A stretch of DNA of 41,143 nt. Source: an uncultured Planctomycetia bacterium. Lineage in GTDB: Bacteria > Omnitrophota > Gorgyraeia > Velamenicoccales > Velamenicoccaceae. The notes under the pieces were generated by a model. That model made no database searches. It was not told the DNA's origin and saw only the letters and a program-made list of their open reading frames with translations. Below, piece after piece: positions 16,725-26,656 of this stretch. The DNA lies in contig CAYSCK010000001.1 of the NCBI GenBank assembly GCA_964429525.1, positions 1-41,143 on the forward strand, written 5' to 3'. A program made the position numbers and the translations under genes. Positions within the stretch are counted from its first letter, which is position 1. Each line of letters starts with the position of its first letter.

Positions 16725-17077
16725 TTTGTAAATATCATCCTCAAAGCGATTAAAAGCAAGAATACCCCGAACGACCTTTTCAACACGAGGTCAGGGACAT
16801 GTTCAACCAGGCGCGCCCCGAAATAGCCTCCGATAAAAAAACCTATGGCTATAAAGATAGCCGGAACAACCTTCACATTTCCGGCATGATAATAGCGCAT
16901 TGCCGCAAGCAGGCCTATGGGAGGTATCATGGCAGCAAGTATAGTCCCCTGCGCCTGATGCTGGGAAAAACCGTAGAAAAAAACCAGGATCGGCACGACT
17001 ACAGTCGCGCCGCCTAAGCCTAAAAAACCGCCTAATAGTCCGGTTAAGATACCTAAAAGTAGATAACTGATTGTCAT
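16721..17077 (-). CDS. Half-size TSUP (TauE/SafE-like) 4-TM membrane protein
   Basis: 118 aa, beginning LLGILTGLLGGFLGLGGATVVVPILV. It has a 4-nt overlap with pyrD. Confidence 0.6.
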   Translation of the reverse strand: MTISYLLLGILTGLLGGFLGLGGATVVVPILVFFYGFSQHQAQGTILAAMIPPIGLLAAMRYYHAGNVKVVPAIFIAIGFFIGGYFGARLVEHVPDLVLKRSFGVFLLLIALRMIFTK

Positions 17078-17092
17078 GATTTTATACGTTCA

Positions 17093-17272
17093 CAGCCAAA
17101 ACAATGAAAATATCTGCAAGCCCACAATCAGGTATTTTTTGGCGAAGATTGACGAGGGATTAGGATGTCTTGAGTTCCACCGGTAATTTTGGCGGAAACG
17201 AAAGACTCCTAAACCGAAGTCAACGGCAAAAAATACAGTGGGCGCAGGGGTTTTCATTGGTTTTGCGTCTCC
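17093..17272. repeat. Imperfect palindrome of about 180 nt in the pyrK/TSUP spacer
   Basis: Several arm pairs match: ccaaaacaatgaaaa/ttttcattggtttt, gcccac/gtgggc, gtattttttg/caaaaaatac, ttaggatgtctt/aagactcctaa. Confidence 0.7.
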
Positions 17273-17313
17273 TATAATATTTCGCCTACAATGAACCGCG
17301 ATAGTTACAACCT

Positions 17314-18174
17314 TTACTCTTTCCAGATAATTTCGGAGACGTCAAACACGGGCCCATCATGGCATATACGTTTATACCCTGAACTCGTGCGTATCACGCA
17401 GCCAAGGCAGGCCCCGAGGCCGCAACCCATAAACTCCTCCAAAGACACCTGCGCGCTGACACCACTCTGCCGCGCTATATCGGATACAACAGCAAGCATG
17501 GCCTTTGGCCCGCAGGCGCATATTACAGACTCAGACCTCTGGCTGCTTGCTCCAGCCTCAGAATGCGTATTGCCCTTAGCCTGAAGCTTACAGCTTGCAG
17601 ATAAAACATTTTTTAAAAGGTCGGTAATCCTGCCCTTAGACCCCCTTGAGCCGTCTTCAGTCGCAACATGAACCTCACAACCAAGGTCTTTAAATTCTTT
17701 CTCACGGAGAATATCGTCTTTTGTTTTTGCGCCTATGAGAACGACTATCTTCCCTGCTTCGGATTTAGAGCCACAGGCCTCGGCGATCTTTCTTGCTAAA
17801 AAGAATAACGGCGCAATGCCCATGCCTCCTGCCGCGATATATATTTTTTTTGCGGCAATGATCTTTTGCATATCAAACCCGTTACCCAAAGGGCCGAGAC
17901 AATCAACCTCACTCAAGGCCTTTTTGTCCGACAAAAGTGACGTGCCCTTTCCTACGGCTTCATAAAGTACGCGCACCACCAGAGCGCTGTTCTTGCCCTG
18001 GGCAAAGCAATCGTGGATGCTCAAAGGACGCCGCAAAAGCGGATCGCATGAATCTTCAACGCGTATGTGCAGAAATTGTCCCGGTAGAGCTTCTTTAAAA
18101 ATAGCGGGTACAGCAAGCTCCAGAAGGAAGCGCCTGTCTTTTAAAAAAACATTGCTCAGGATTTTATATTTCAT
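17314..18174 (-). CDS. pyrK: Dihydroorotate dehydrogenase electron-transfer subunit
   Basis: 286 aa. It has the RRPLSI FAD motif, GGMGIAPL, and the C-terminal 2Fe-2S motif CGLGACLGCV. Confidence 0.85.
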   Translation of the reverse strand: MKYKILSNVFLKDRRFLLELAVPAIFKEALPGQFLHIRVEDSCDPLLRRPLSIHDCFAQGKNSALVVRVLYEAVGKGTSLLSDKKALSEVDCLGPLGNGFDMQKIIAAKKIYIAAGGMGIAPLFFLARKIAEACGSKSEAGKIVVLIGAKTKDDILREKEFKDLGCEVHVATEDGSRGSKGRITDLLKNVLSASCKLQAKGNTHSEAGASSQRSESVICACGPKAMLAVVSDIARQSGVSAQVSLEEFMGCGLGACLGCVIRTSSGYKRICHDGPVFDVSEIIWKE

Positions 18175-18194
18175 TAAACGGCCTAAAAAGGATG

Positions 18195-19019
18195 CTACTT
18201 TTGAAGCTTTTGCGCTGCAGATTTACGGGACATAATGGCCTGCCTGAACTCCGACATGGAACGTTGCTTTGTCTCATCAGATATCTTTGTTTGCTTTGAT
18301 GCTTCATCAAGCATGCCCTGCTGCAGCGCGTTAAAAGACAAGAAACTTGCCTTTACCGATTCCAAATATGCCGAATGAGACTTTTTAAAGATCTCAGGCG
18401 CATAAAGACCATTCAGTTCAAAATAAAGCTGATCCATATAATCTTTGGCCTGCGCGAAATCTTCCTTTGTCGCGCTGGTAAGATTCAGGTAAATATTCTG
18501 CACCTTCTGGAATCTATCAGTGTATTTATTCAGCGTAGAGTTGAATTTATTGTAATACTCCGCCTCCTGCTTGCTCAAGGCGCTTTTCAACTCATCTTTT
18601 GAGAATTTCAGTTTATCAGTATCCTGGATCTGGCTGTCTTTATAGAGCGAGAGTTCATAAGAACTGGACTTATCCCTCTTGACCTGCACTTTAAAACTTT
18701 CAACATCTTTCAGATACGGGATCTGGGTTTCAACCGTCTTTTCATCCAGCTCCAAACGCTCAATATCTTCAGGGAAAAAACTCATCTGGAACTTTTCACC
18801 GCCGACATCCATAGAGAACAGATACCGCCTGTCTGATTTACCTATAAGCTTACCCTCATAACTCTTGCCATCCTTTAAGTAGATCTTATCAGCACAGGCC
18901 GGTAGAGAACAACAAACAGAAGACAGAAAACAGATAATTGAAACCAGAAGACAATTAAAAAGTACCACTCTTTTCACCCTTCGCGTTTCTATCATCAATC
19001 TGCTTTCTTCCATCTTCAT
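18195..19019 (-). CDS. Secreted or membrane-anchored protein, unknown function, with an N-terminal YLKDGK module
   Basis: 274 aa with a hydrophobic N-terminus, followed by DKIYLKDGKSYEGKLIGKSDRRYLFSM...FFPEDIERLE. Confidence 0.55.
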   Translation of the reverse strand: MKMEESRLMIETRRVKRVVLFNCLLVSIICFLSSVCCSLPACADKIYLKDGKSYEGKLIGKSDRRYLFSMDVGGEKFQMSFFPEDIERLELDEKTVETQIPYLKDVESFKVQVKRDKSSSYELSLYKDSQIQDTDKLKFSKDELKSALSKQEAEYYNKFNSTLNKYTDRFQKVQNIYLNLTSATKEDFAQAKDYMDQLYFELNGLYAPEIFKKSHSAYLESVKASFLSFNALQQGMLDEASKQTKISDETKQRSMSEFRQAIMSRKSAAQKLQK

Positions 19020-19030
19020 CCGCTTTTTAC

Positions 19031-22000
19031 CTATGAACTATACGCTATATACTGTTTCTTATGATACGCCTGCAGAGGCTTTACGTCTAAGTCTTTTTTC
19101 AGAAGGACTTCTATCGCGTTAACAGATGCCTGAGCGCCTGAAATCGTCGTAATACATGGCACCCCGCGCATGATCGCGGTTGAACGTATCTTTATCTCAT
19201 CCTCGCGCGGTATCCTGCCTGAAGGCGTATTGATGATAAGGTTTATCTTGCCGTCTGTGAGATAATCCAGGATATTCGGCCTTGCCTCATAGACTTTATT
19301 GACGGTTTCAACCACTGATATGCCGCCCTTATTCAGCGCTTTTGCCGTCCCGGCAGTCGCGACAACTCCAAAACCCAGGTCTATCAGCCTCTTGACGATA
19401 AAAACTATGGCGCGTTTATCCTTATCGCGCACGCTCACAAAGACCGTGCCCTTTAAAGGCAATATCTGCCCGGCGGCAAGCTGGCTCTTCATGTACGCGC
19501 GGCCAAAATCATCATCTATGCCCATAACCTCGCCGGTAGATTTCATCTCCGGCCCAAGCATTATATCCACCCCCGGGAAACGATTGAACGGAAACACTGA
19601 TTCCTTGACCGATGAATACTCCGGCACTATCTCCTTAACGAATCCAAGGTCTTTTAACTTTTGCCCTGCCATTACCTTTGCCGCAAGCTTGGCAAGAGGC
19701 ACGCCTATGGCCTTTGACACAAAAGGCACAGTTCTTGAGGCGCGCGGATTGACCTCAAGGACAAAGACTTTATTATCACGCACGGCATACTGTACGTTCA
19801 TCAGGCCCACCACCTTAAGCTCCTTTGCCATCGCCGTTGTCGCCTCGCGGATCTTATTCACCATCTCTTCGCTCAACGAGAACGGAGGAAGGACCATGGC
19901 AGAATCGCCTGAATGTATACCGGCCTCTTCTATATGTTCCAGAATGCCGCCGATAACGAATGTTTCCCCGTCGGCTATCATATCCACATCAACCTCTATC
20001 GCGTCTTCCAAAAATTTATCTATCAAAATAGGATGTTCAGGCGAAACGCGGCTCGCCTCAAGAATAAATCTTTCCAGCGTATCCTCGTCGTAAACTATCT
20101 CCATGGCGCGGCCGCCTAAGACATAAGACGGCCTTACCAGTACGGGATAACCTATGCGCTGGGCAACCGCCTTGGCGTCTTCAAAAGTGCGCGCGGTGCC
20201 GTTAGGCGGCTGGCGGAGCTTAAGCTTATCAAGCATCCCCTTGAACTTCTCCCTGTCTTCAGCTATATCAATAGACTCAGGGCTTGTGCCGATAATATTG
20301 ACGCCCGCTTTTTTCAGGCTCAATGTAAGATTGAGCGGAGTCTGGCCTCCGAGCTGGACTATAACGCCCCACGGCTTTTCTTTTGATACGATATTCAGCA
20401 CGTCTTCCTTTGTCATAGGCTCAAAATAAAGCTTATCGGATGTATCATAATCCGTTGAAACCGTCTCCGGATTGCAATTGACCATTATCGTCTCAAAACC
20501 AAGTTCCCTTAACGCGAAGGAGGCGTGCACGCAACAGTAATCAAATTCAATACCCTGCCCTATGCGGTTAGGCCCGCCCCCCAGGATCATGACTTTTTTC
20601 TTATCGCTTAATCGCGATTCATCCTCCGACTCATACGTTGAATAATAATAAGGGGTACGCGCTTCAAACTCCGCGGCGCAGGTATCGACGAGCTTATAGG
20701 TCGTATTTATCCCGTGATCTTTTCTCAAACTGCTGACTGAATCTTCGCCGACTCCAAAGTAAACGGAAAGCTGCCTGTCGGAAAAACCCATCTCCTTGGC
20801 ATCCTGCATAAGTTTTTTTGAAAGGCGGCTTTTCAGCTCCCCTGAGTCAGCGGCGGCTTTTTTAAGCGTATTCTCAAAATCAACGATCTCTTTTATATTC
20901 TCCAAAAACCACTTATCTATTAAAGTCCACTTTTGGATATCAGCTACCGGCACTCCAAGCCTTATCGCGTCCCCGATATAAAAAATACGCGAATCATTCG
21001 GAACGCGCAACTTCTTGATCAAAAACTCCATCAGATGCTCGCGTGTATCGAAATCTTTTTCAGAGATAAGAGAATCAAGGCCGAACCGCTTGATCTCCAG
21101 GCTCCTTAAACCTTTCTGCAAAGCCTCCTTGAACGTGCGGCCTATGGCCATCGCCTCTCCGACGGATTTCATCGAAGTGCCGAGCGTGGGATCAGCCCCC
21201 GGGAATTTCTCAAACGTAAAACGCGGGATCTTGACCACGCAATAATCTATTACAGGCTCAAATGAAGCCGGGGTCTCTTTCGTAATATCATTGGGTATCT
21301 CGTCAAGCGTGTATCCGACCGCGAGTTTCGCGGCTATCTTGGCTATAGGAAAACCCGTAGCCTTTGAAGCAAGGGCTGATGAACGCGATACGCGCGGGTT
21401 TATCTCTATCATTACCATGCGGCCGTCTTTGGGATTTATCGCGAACTGCACGTTACATCCGCCGGTATCAACCCCTATTTCGCGTATCGCTTTTATCGCG
21501 GCGTCACGCATGTTCTGATATTCGGCATCCGTCAATGTCTGGGCAGGAGCGACAGTAATGGAATCACCCGTATGAACGCCCATCGGATCAAAATTTTCTA
21601 TTGAGCATACGATGACAACATTGTCTTTTCTGTCGCGCATAACCTCAAGCTCAAACTCTTTCCACCCAAGGACAGATTCTTCCAGGAGGACTTCATGTAT
21701 CATACTGCATTCAAGGCCGCGCGCGGCAAGTTCTTCAAATTCCTGCATATTAAATGCTATCCCGCCGCCGGTGCCGCCCAGCGTAAAACTCGGGCGTATA
21801 ACGATAGGCAGGCCCAGTGTAAGGACGGCTTTTTTAGCCTCCTGCATAGATTTAATATTAATACTCTGCGGCAGATCCAGCCCTATCTTCTGCATCGCTT
21901 TTTTGAAGAGATCCCTGTCCTCGGCTTTCTCTATTGACTTCCTGTCAGCGCCGATCATCTGGACGTTATATTTCTTCAATACCCCGCGCTTTGCCACAGC

Positions 22001-22300
22001 TATCGCGACATTCAGGCCGGTCTGGCCGCCCAGGGTAGGCAATAACGCGTCAGGCCGCTCTTTGGCAATGATCTTCTCCACAACCTCAGGCGTCACCGGC
22101 TCAATATAGGTCGCGTCGGCAAACTGCGGATCAGTCATGATAGTCGCGGGATTGGAATTCACCAAAACCACCTTATATCCCTCTTCTCTTAAGGCCTTGC
22201 ACGCCTGGGTACCGGAATAATCAAATTCGCACGCCTGCGATATTATGATAGGCCCTGAGCCTATTATCATTATCTTTTTGATGTCTTTTCTTTTTGGCAT
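19031..22300 (-). CDS. carB: Carbamoyl-phosphate synthase large subunit
   Basis: 1089 aa with duplicated ATP-grasp halves and an MGS-like C-terminus. Confidence 0.95.
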   Translation of the reverse strand: MPKRKDIKKIMIIGSGPIIISQACEFDYSGTQACKALREEGYKVVLVNSNPATIMTDPQFADATYIEPVTPEVVEKIIAKERPDALLPTLGGQTGLNVAIAVAKRGVLKKYNVQMIGADRKSIEKAEDRDLFKKAMQKIGLDLPQSINIKSMQEAKKAVLTLGLPIVIRPSFTLGGTGGGIAFNMQEFEELAARGLECSMIHEVLLEESVLGWKEFELEVMRDRKDNVVIVCSIENFDPMGVHTGDSITVAPAQTLTDAEYQNMRDAAIKAIREIGVDTGGCNVQFAINPKDGRMVMIEINPRVSRSSALASKATGFPIAKIAAKLAVGYTLDEIPNDITKETPASFEPVIDYCVVKIPRFTFEKFPGADPTLGTSMKSVGEAMAIGRTFKEALQKGLRSLEIKRFGLDSLISEKDFDTREHLMEFLIKKLRVPNDSRIFYIGDAIRLGVPVADIQKWTLIDKWFLENIKEIVDFENTLKKAAADSGELKSRLSKKLMQDAKEMGFSDRQLSVYFGVGEDSVSSLRKDHGINTTYKLVDTCAAEFEARTPYYYSTYESEDESRLSDKKKVMILGGGPNRIGQGIEFDYCCVHASFALRELGFETIMVNCNPETVSTDYDTSDKLYFEPMTKEDVLNIVSKEKPWGVIVQLGGQTPLNLTLSLKKAGVNIIGTSPESIDIAEDREKFKGMLDKLKLRQPPNGTARTFEDAKAVAQRIGYPVLVRPSYVLGGRAMEIVYDEDTLERFILEASRVSPEHPILIDKFLEDAIEVDVDMIADGETFVIGGILEHIEEAGIHSGDSAMVLPPFSLSEEMVNKIREATTAMAKELKVVGLMNVQYAVRDNKVFVLEVNPRASRTVPFVSKAIGVPLAKLAAKVMAGQKLKDLGFVKEIVPEYSSVKESVFPFNRFPGVDIMLGPEMKSTGEVMGIDDDFGRAYMKSQLAAGQILPLKGTVFVSVRDKDKRAIVFIVKRLIDLGFGVVATAGTAKALNKGGISVVETVNKVYEARPNILDYLTDGKINLIINTPSGRIPREDEIKIRSTAIMRGVPCITTISGAQASVNAIEVLLKKDLDVKPLQAYHKKQYIAYSS

Positions 22301-22358
22301 AATATTTCCTTAAAATTATTAGAGTATGCGCTATCTTCTGAAAGCTGATTAGTAGATA

Positions 22359-22376
22359 CCCACGGGCATGCCCGTG
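22359..22376. repeat. Perfect 18-bp palindrome CCACGGGCATGCCCGTGG between carA and carB
   Basis: Read directly from the sequence. There is no U-tract on either strand. Confidence 0.7.
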
Positions 22377-22392
22377 GAACTCAAAGCAGGTA

Positions 22393-23490
22393 TTAGAACT
22401 TCCTCATCATCTCCGTAAATCTCATGAACAGATATCCCGCGTCATGCGGCCCGGGCCCTGCTTCCGGATGATACTGGACACTGAAGGCGGGGACTTTCTT
22501 ATGTTTTAAACCCTCTGTCGTCTTATCATAAAGATTGACGTGTGTCATAACAACGTTCTTGTCGCTGAAAGAATTCATGTCAACGCAAAACCCGTGATTC
22601 TGCGAAGTGATCTCCACCTTCCTCGTCTCCAGATCCATAACAGGGTGGTTGCCGCCGTGATGGCCGAATTTCAGCTTGTAGGTCTTGCCGCCAAGCGCTA
22701 TGCCTAAAAGCTGCTGGCCCAAGCAGATACCGAATATCGGCGCTTTACCTAAGATGCCCTTGATCTCTTTTATCGCGTAAGTTAAAACCGCCGGATCACC
22801 CGGGCCGTTGGAGAGAAAAACACCGTCGGGTTTAAGCGCAAGGATCTCTTTGGCGCCGGTTACAGAAGGCACTATCCTGACTCTGCAGCCCGCGCGGTCC
22901 AAGAGCCTCAGGCTGTTCAACTTAACCCCATAATCAATGCAGACCACAAAAAATTCTTTCTTGCCTTCTGTCATCGGCCAATCATAAGGAGCCTTGCAGG
23001 TTACCTCTTTTATAAGATCGCGGCCGGCCATAACAGGAGAGCTCAGAACTTTCTTCTTTAAAGATTCCTTATTAAAATCTTCCGTAGATACGATACCGCG
23101 CATGGCGCCGGCAGACCTGATCCTGCGCGTAAGAGCGCGCGTATCAATACCTTCTATCGCCACGATCTTATTCTTCTCCAGATAGGAATCCAGAGAATCC
23201 GTTGCGCGCCAATTACTGTAGACCTTTGAGCGCTCTTTGACGATAAACCCTTCTGCCCACGGTCTTGTGGATTCAACATCCTCTTTATTAACGCCGTAAT
23301 TACCTATTAATGGGTAGGTCATGGCTACTATCTGGCCCCTGTAAGACGGATCGGTGAGTATCTCCTGATACCCTGTCATAGAGGTATTAAAAACAACCTC
23401 TCCCAGAGCCTCTCCTTCAGAGCCAAAACTGCCGCCTTCCAGACTAAAACCATCTTCAAGTAAAAGTATCGCTTTCTTCATAAAATTCAT
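22393..23490 (-). CDS. carA: Carbamoyl-phosphate synthase small (glutaminase) subunit
   Basis: 365 aa with GICLGQQLL and the HGGNHPV/QYHPE triad region. The start may be the 4th codon (MKKAILLLEDG). Confidence 0.95.
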   Translation of the reverse strand: MNFMKKAILLLEDGFSLEGGSFGSEGEALGEVVFNTSMTGYQEILTDPSYRGQIVAMTYPLIGNYGVNKEDVESTRPWAEGFIVKERSKVYSNWRATDSLDSYLEKNKIVAIEGIDTRALTRRIRSAGAMRGIVSTEDFNKESLKKKVLSSPVMAGRDLIKEVTCKAPYDWPMTEGKKEFFVVCIDYGVKLNSLRLLDRAGCRVRIVPSVTGAKEILALKPDGVFLSNGPGDPAVLTYAIKEIKGILGKAPIFGICLGQQLLGIALGGKTYKLKFGHHGGNHPVMDLETRKVEITSQNHGFCVDMNSFSDKNVVMTHVNLYDKTTEGLKHKKVPAFSVQYHPEAGPGPHDAGYLFMRFTEMMRKF

Positions 23491-23540
23491 GTTGCTCAGT
23501 GTTTCGCAACCTCCCCTTTTATTAACCTGTTTACAATTTT

Positions 23541-23848
23541 TCAGCGCTTCATATTCAGAGCAAAAGCAATTTCAGATAGTGTACCATATTCTCTCGGTAA
23601 AGCAATAATGATGTCGGCACAGCCTGATCAGCAAAGCATTTCTTGCATAACCAAGCCCTTCATCTAAAGGTTATCAGCGGCTAAACCACCCCCCATTAGA
23701 CCTACCTTTTGTTACTGCCTTTATAGCTCCACCAAGACCACAATAAACCAATTTTACACCCACTTTTACCAATAAATTACCCAATTCAGTGACTATTTCA
23801 TCCACTTTAGCATCATTTGTGGAAACCGACTACAGCAACAATAGTACC
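23541..23848 (-). pseudogene. Decayed TIGR00725/LOG-like Rossmann-fold gene remnant
   Basis: Minus-strand fragments lie in three frames: GTIVAVVGFHK*, STNDAKVDEIVTELGNLLVKVGVKLVYCGLGGAIKAVTKGRSNGG, DEGLGYARNALLI, and ADIIIALPREYGTLSEIAFALNMKR*. There is no start codon. Confidence 0.6.
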
Positions 23849-25129
23849 TTAGAAGATAAAGATGGTCTTTTCAAAACTGACATCAGCATTCAGAACCCAC
23901 ACAACCTTGATCTTCAACTGCTTTGTCTTCAGCATCGTCTTTTCATCAGTGCCTTCTTTCAGCACTTTTTCCACATACGCCTTATACACAGGCGTAAGAT
24001 CGAGCTCTTTTTCCTGGCCTGGAGAAAAAGGAGCAAAACTCATCAGCCTGTTCATCACATATTCATCATTAATAAAGATGTAAAAATTCAAAGGCGGCGT
24101 TGAAGCCCTGCTGCTGTTCTTGACGCTCATTAAAACCTGGATATTTTTGTTGGCGAGCCTGCGATAATAGATGTCAAGAATTGACACGTTCAGATCAAAA
24201 ATTGAAACGTTGGCAATACGGTCTTCTTTCAGGAGCAGGCCACAGTCAAAATTTATATTATCCAATACGGCATCAGGCTTCAGCTCAATAATGCCCTCCG
24301 ATGCCCCCACATAATCTCCTTTAAGCCCGAGATTGATCAATGCCTTGCCACCCTTGAGCATCCTCTCTTCAACTAGAGGCTTAGAGATATCCCACAGCGC
24401 GAAGACACTGTATTCGCCCGAAGGAACACCGCTTATGGTATAGCGCACCATTCTATCCACGATATTATCAGGGGCTATCTTCTCGTAGATCATATCCCCG
24501 GTTGACACAAAACCCCTGCCGGCGCTTTTTTCCATAAGATAAACGTACAACGTACCATTCTTCTTCCAGTCTTGCGGCAGCCTGATAACACCGCTTAAGC
24601 TCCCGCTGCCGCTTTTAGCAACAGCCGCTAAAACCTCAGGCCGCGCTTCTTCTGTTCCAGCTCCGCCGGATGATTTTGCGGCAGAGATACTGCGGCTCTG
24701 AAGAACCATACTGCGGATATCAGAAGCGCCATAATCACCGACAGGCCTGAACTTGGAAAAAAGCGATTCTTCTGTAGCGGCTTTTTTAAAAATACCTGTT
24801 TTTTCGATCTGCTCAGTTATGAGCGATTCCTTCTTAGAATATTCCTCCTGCGCCTCTATCCTTAAAATATCCTCCGGGAATATTGTGCTGTCTACCGCGG
24901 ACTCGCCATCGCCTATCCTTAAAACAATATAATTTTCTGTCTTTTCCACTATGCGGCCCTTCATAACTTTGCCGTTCTTCAAATAAACAGCGTCAGCGAA
25001 AACTGTCAAAGGGCCGAATACCAAAAACAGAATACAGAGAACAGAAAGCAGAAACCATCCGGCAAATTTTGCTTTCCCGGCACTTGCCCTTGAATCATCC
25101 ATCTTCTCTCTTCTATCTTTTATCTTCAT
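23849..25129 (-). CDS. Secreted or membrane-anchored protein, unknown function, with an N-terminal YLKNGK module
   Basis: 426 aa with a TM or signal segment, followed by DAVYLKNGKVMKGRIVEKTENYIVLRI...IFPEDILRIE. Confidence 0.55.
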   Translation of the reverse strand: MKIKDRREKMDDSRASAGKAKFAGWFLLSVLCILFLVFGPLTVFADAVYLKNGKVMKGRIVEKTENYIVLRIGDGESAVDSTIFPEDILRIEAQEEYSKKESLITEQIEKTGIFKKAATEESLFSKFRPVGDYGASDIRSMVLQSRSISAAKSSGGAGTEEARPEVLAAVAKSGSGSLSGVIRLPQDWKKNGTLYVYLMEKSAGRGFVSTGDMIYEKIAPDNIVDRMVRYTISGVPSGEYSVFALWDISKPLVEERMLKGGKALINLGLKGDYVGASEGIIELKPDAVLDNINFDCGLLLKEDRIANVSIFDLNVSILDIYYRRLANKNIQVLMSVKNSSRASTPPLNFYIFINDEYVMNRLMSFAPFSPGQEKELDLTPVYKAYVEKVLKEGTDEKTMLKTKQLKIKVVWVLNADVSFEKTIFIF

Positions 25130-25136
25130 CGTCTTT

Positions 25137-25178
25137 TACCATTGACCATCGACCACAAGACTATGGACTATCAACTAA
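25137..25178. repeat. Degenerate heptamer tandem repeat
   Basis: The units are taccatt gaccatc gaccaca agactat ggactat caactaa. Confidence 0.7.
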
Positions 25179-25182
25179 TATA

Positions 25183-25254
25183 TGCGCCTGGACAGAATCG
25201 AACTGTCACCACCAGCTCCGGAGGCTAGTGCGCTATCCGTTGCGCTACAGGCGC
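25183..25254 (-). tRNA. tRNA-Arg (anticodon CCG), no encoded CCA
   Basis: The reverse complement is GCGCCTGTAGCGCAACGGATAGCGCACTAGCCTCCGGAGCTGGTGGTGACAGTTCGATTCTGTCCAGGCGCA, with anticodon loop CTCCGGA. Confidence 0.9.
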
Positions 25255-25391
25255 GTAATCCTTTACGCCGCTATCACGCGGCAACCATTCTTTTAAAATC
25301 TCTGCTGCTATCCCTGCCTGCCGGCAGGCAGGCGTTACAGCTACAGGCGCGTAATCCTTTACGCCGCTATCACGCGGCAACCATTCTTTTA
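25244..25391. repeat. Perfect 52-bp direct repeat (25244-25295 and 25340-25391) flanking a 20-bp palindrome
   Basis: The repeat unit is gctacaggcgcgtaatcctttacgccgctatcacgcggcaaccattctttta. The palindrome cctgcctgccggcaggcagg lies at 25314-25333. Confidence 0.9.
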
Positions 25392-26656
25392 TACGCTATC
25401 TTTCCCGCAAGAATTACATATTCTACCGCGCCTTTAAGCTGGCGACCGATAAAAGCGGAATTCTTGGACTTTGATTTAAAATTCTCCGCCGATACCTTCC
25501 ATTCTCTCTGCGCGTCAACGATAATGATATCCGCCTCCGAGCCTACACCCAGCGTACCCTTTGCGATCCCGAGAATTCTTGAAGGATTAAGAGACAGCTT
25601 CGCGACAAGCTGAGACCAATCTAATATGCCGGTATTAATAAGTTCTGTTATCGCGACAGCAAGTTCAGTCTCCAGGCCTATTACACCGAACTCGGCGCGG
25701 TCAAATTCTATCTCTTTTTCATTCTCGGTATGAGGCGCGTGGTCTGAAGCAATCACATCTATTGTAGAGTCTCTCAAGCCATTTCTTATGGCAAGGCGGT
25801 CGTCTTTTGAGCGCAGAGGCGGATTCATCTTAAGATTAGTATCATATCCCGTCAGGTCATCGTCTGTTAAGGCGAAATAGTGCGGAGCTGTCTCAGCTGA
25901 AACAACAACACCGTCTTTTTTTGCCTTAGCTATCAGCTCAACGGATCTCCTGCAACTTACGTGCGCGATATGTATACGGGCCTTGCTTTTTTTGGCAAGC
26001 TCTATATCCCTTTCCACCCTCTTGTATTCGGATTCAGCGGCTATGCCGCGAAGCCCGAGGATAGTTGACATAACGCCAAGATTCATTACTCCCTGATTGG
26101 CCAGAGCCTTATCTTCGCAATGGCATATTACAACTATACCCGCGCAAGCGGCCTGCTGCATAGCGGAAAGCATAATATCATCACGGTCAACAGAACTGCC
26201 GTCATCGGTTATCGCCAGAACACCCTCTTTTTTCAGCGGCTCAACAAGGACAACTTCATCTCCACGACGAGCTTTTGTAATAGCCCCCGCGATAAATACG
26301 TTGGCTTTAGCACTCCTTGCAACTATGCTTTTAAAAAATTTTATATTCTCGGCTGAATCCATGGCAGGCGTTGTGTTGGGCATGGCAAGAACCGATGTTA
26401 TTCCGCCTGCAAGCGCCGCGCGCGTACCTGTCTCAACTGTCTCTTTGTCCTCTCGGCCGGGTTCACGCAAATGCACATGCATGTCAACCAGCCCCGGCAA
26501 TACGATCCTGCCTGAAGCGTCTATTACCTCAGCGCCGTCTGCCTGTATATCTTTTGAAACCTTGGCCACGCGCGATCCATCAATAAGTATATCCAGAACA
26601 CCGTCTATATTATTAGCAGGATCAACAACCCTTGCGTTTTTTATCAGAATTTTCAT
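25370..26656 (-). CDS. pyrC: Dihydroorotase
   Basis: 428 aa with the DMHVHLREPG metal motif and the DHAPH motif. Confidence 0.9.
   Translation of the reverse strand: MKILIKNARVVDPANNIDGVLDILIDGSRVAKVSKDIQADGAEVIDASGRIVLPGLVDMHVHLREPGREDKETVETGTRAALAGGITSVLAMPNTTPAMDSAENIKFFKSIVARSAKANVFIAGAITKARRGDEVVLVEPLKKEGVLAITDDGSSVDRDDIMLSAMQQAACAGIVVICHCEDKALANQGVMNLGVMSTILGLRGIAAESEYKRVERDIELAKKSKARIHIAHVSCRRSVELIAKAKKDGVVVSAETAPHYFALTDDDLTGYDTNLKMNPPLRSKDDRLAIRNGLRDSTIDVIASDHAPHTENEKEIEFDRAEFGVIGLETELAVAITELINTGILDWSQLVAKLSLNPSRILGIAKGTLGVGSEADIIIVDAQREWKVSAENFKSKSKNSAFIGRQLKGAVEYVILAGKIAYKRMVAA

Noticed and set aside
8100-22109. Long plus-strand track ORFs antisense to atpI, pyrD, carB and others (for example 8100-8615, 15913-16647, 19299-20093, 21612-22109)
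   Set aside because: They lie entirely within, and antisense to, well-supported minus-strand genes. Their Ser/Pro/Arg-rich low-complexity translations are typical of shadow ORFs.
22359-22376. carA/carB palindrome as a terminator
   Set aside because: There is no U-tract on either strand, and carA and carB are expected to be co-transcribed. I kept it only as a structural repeat.
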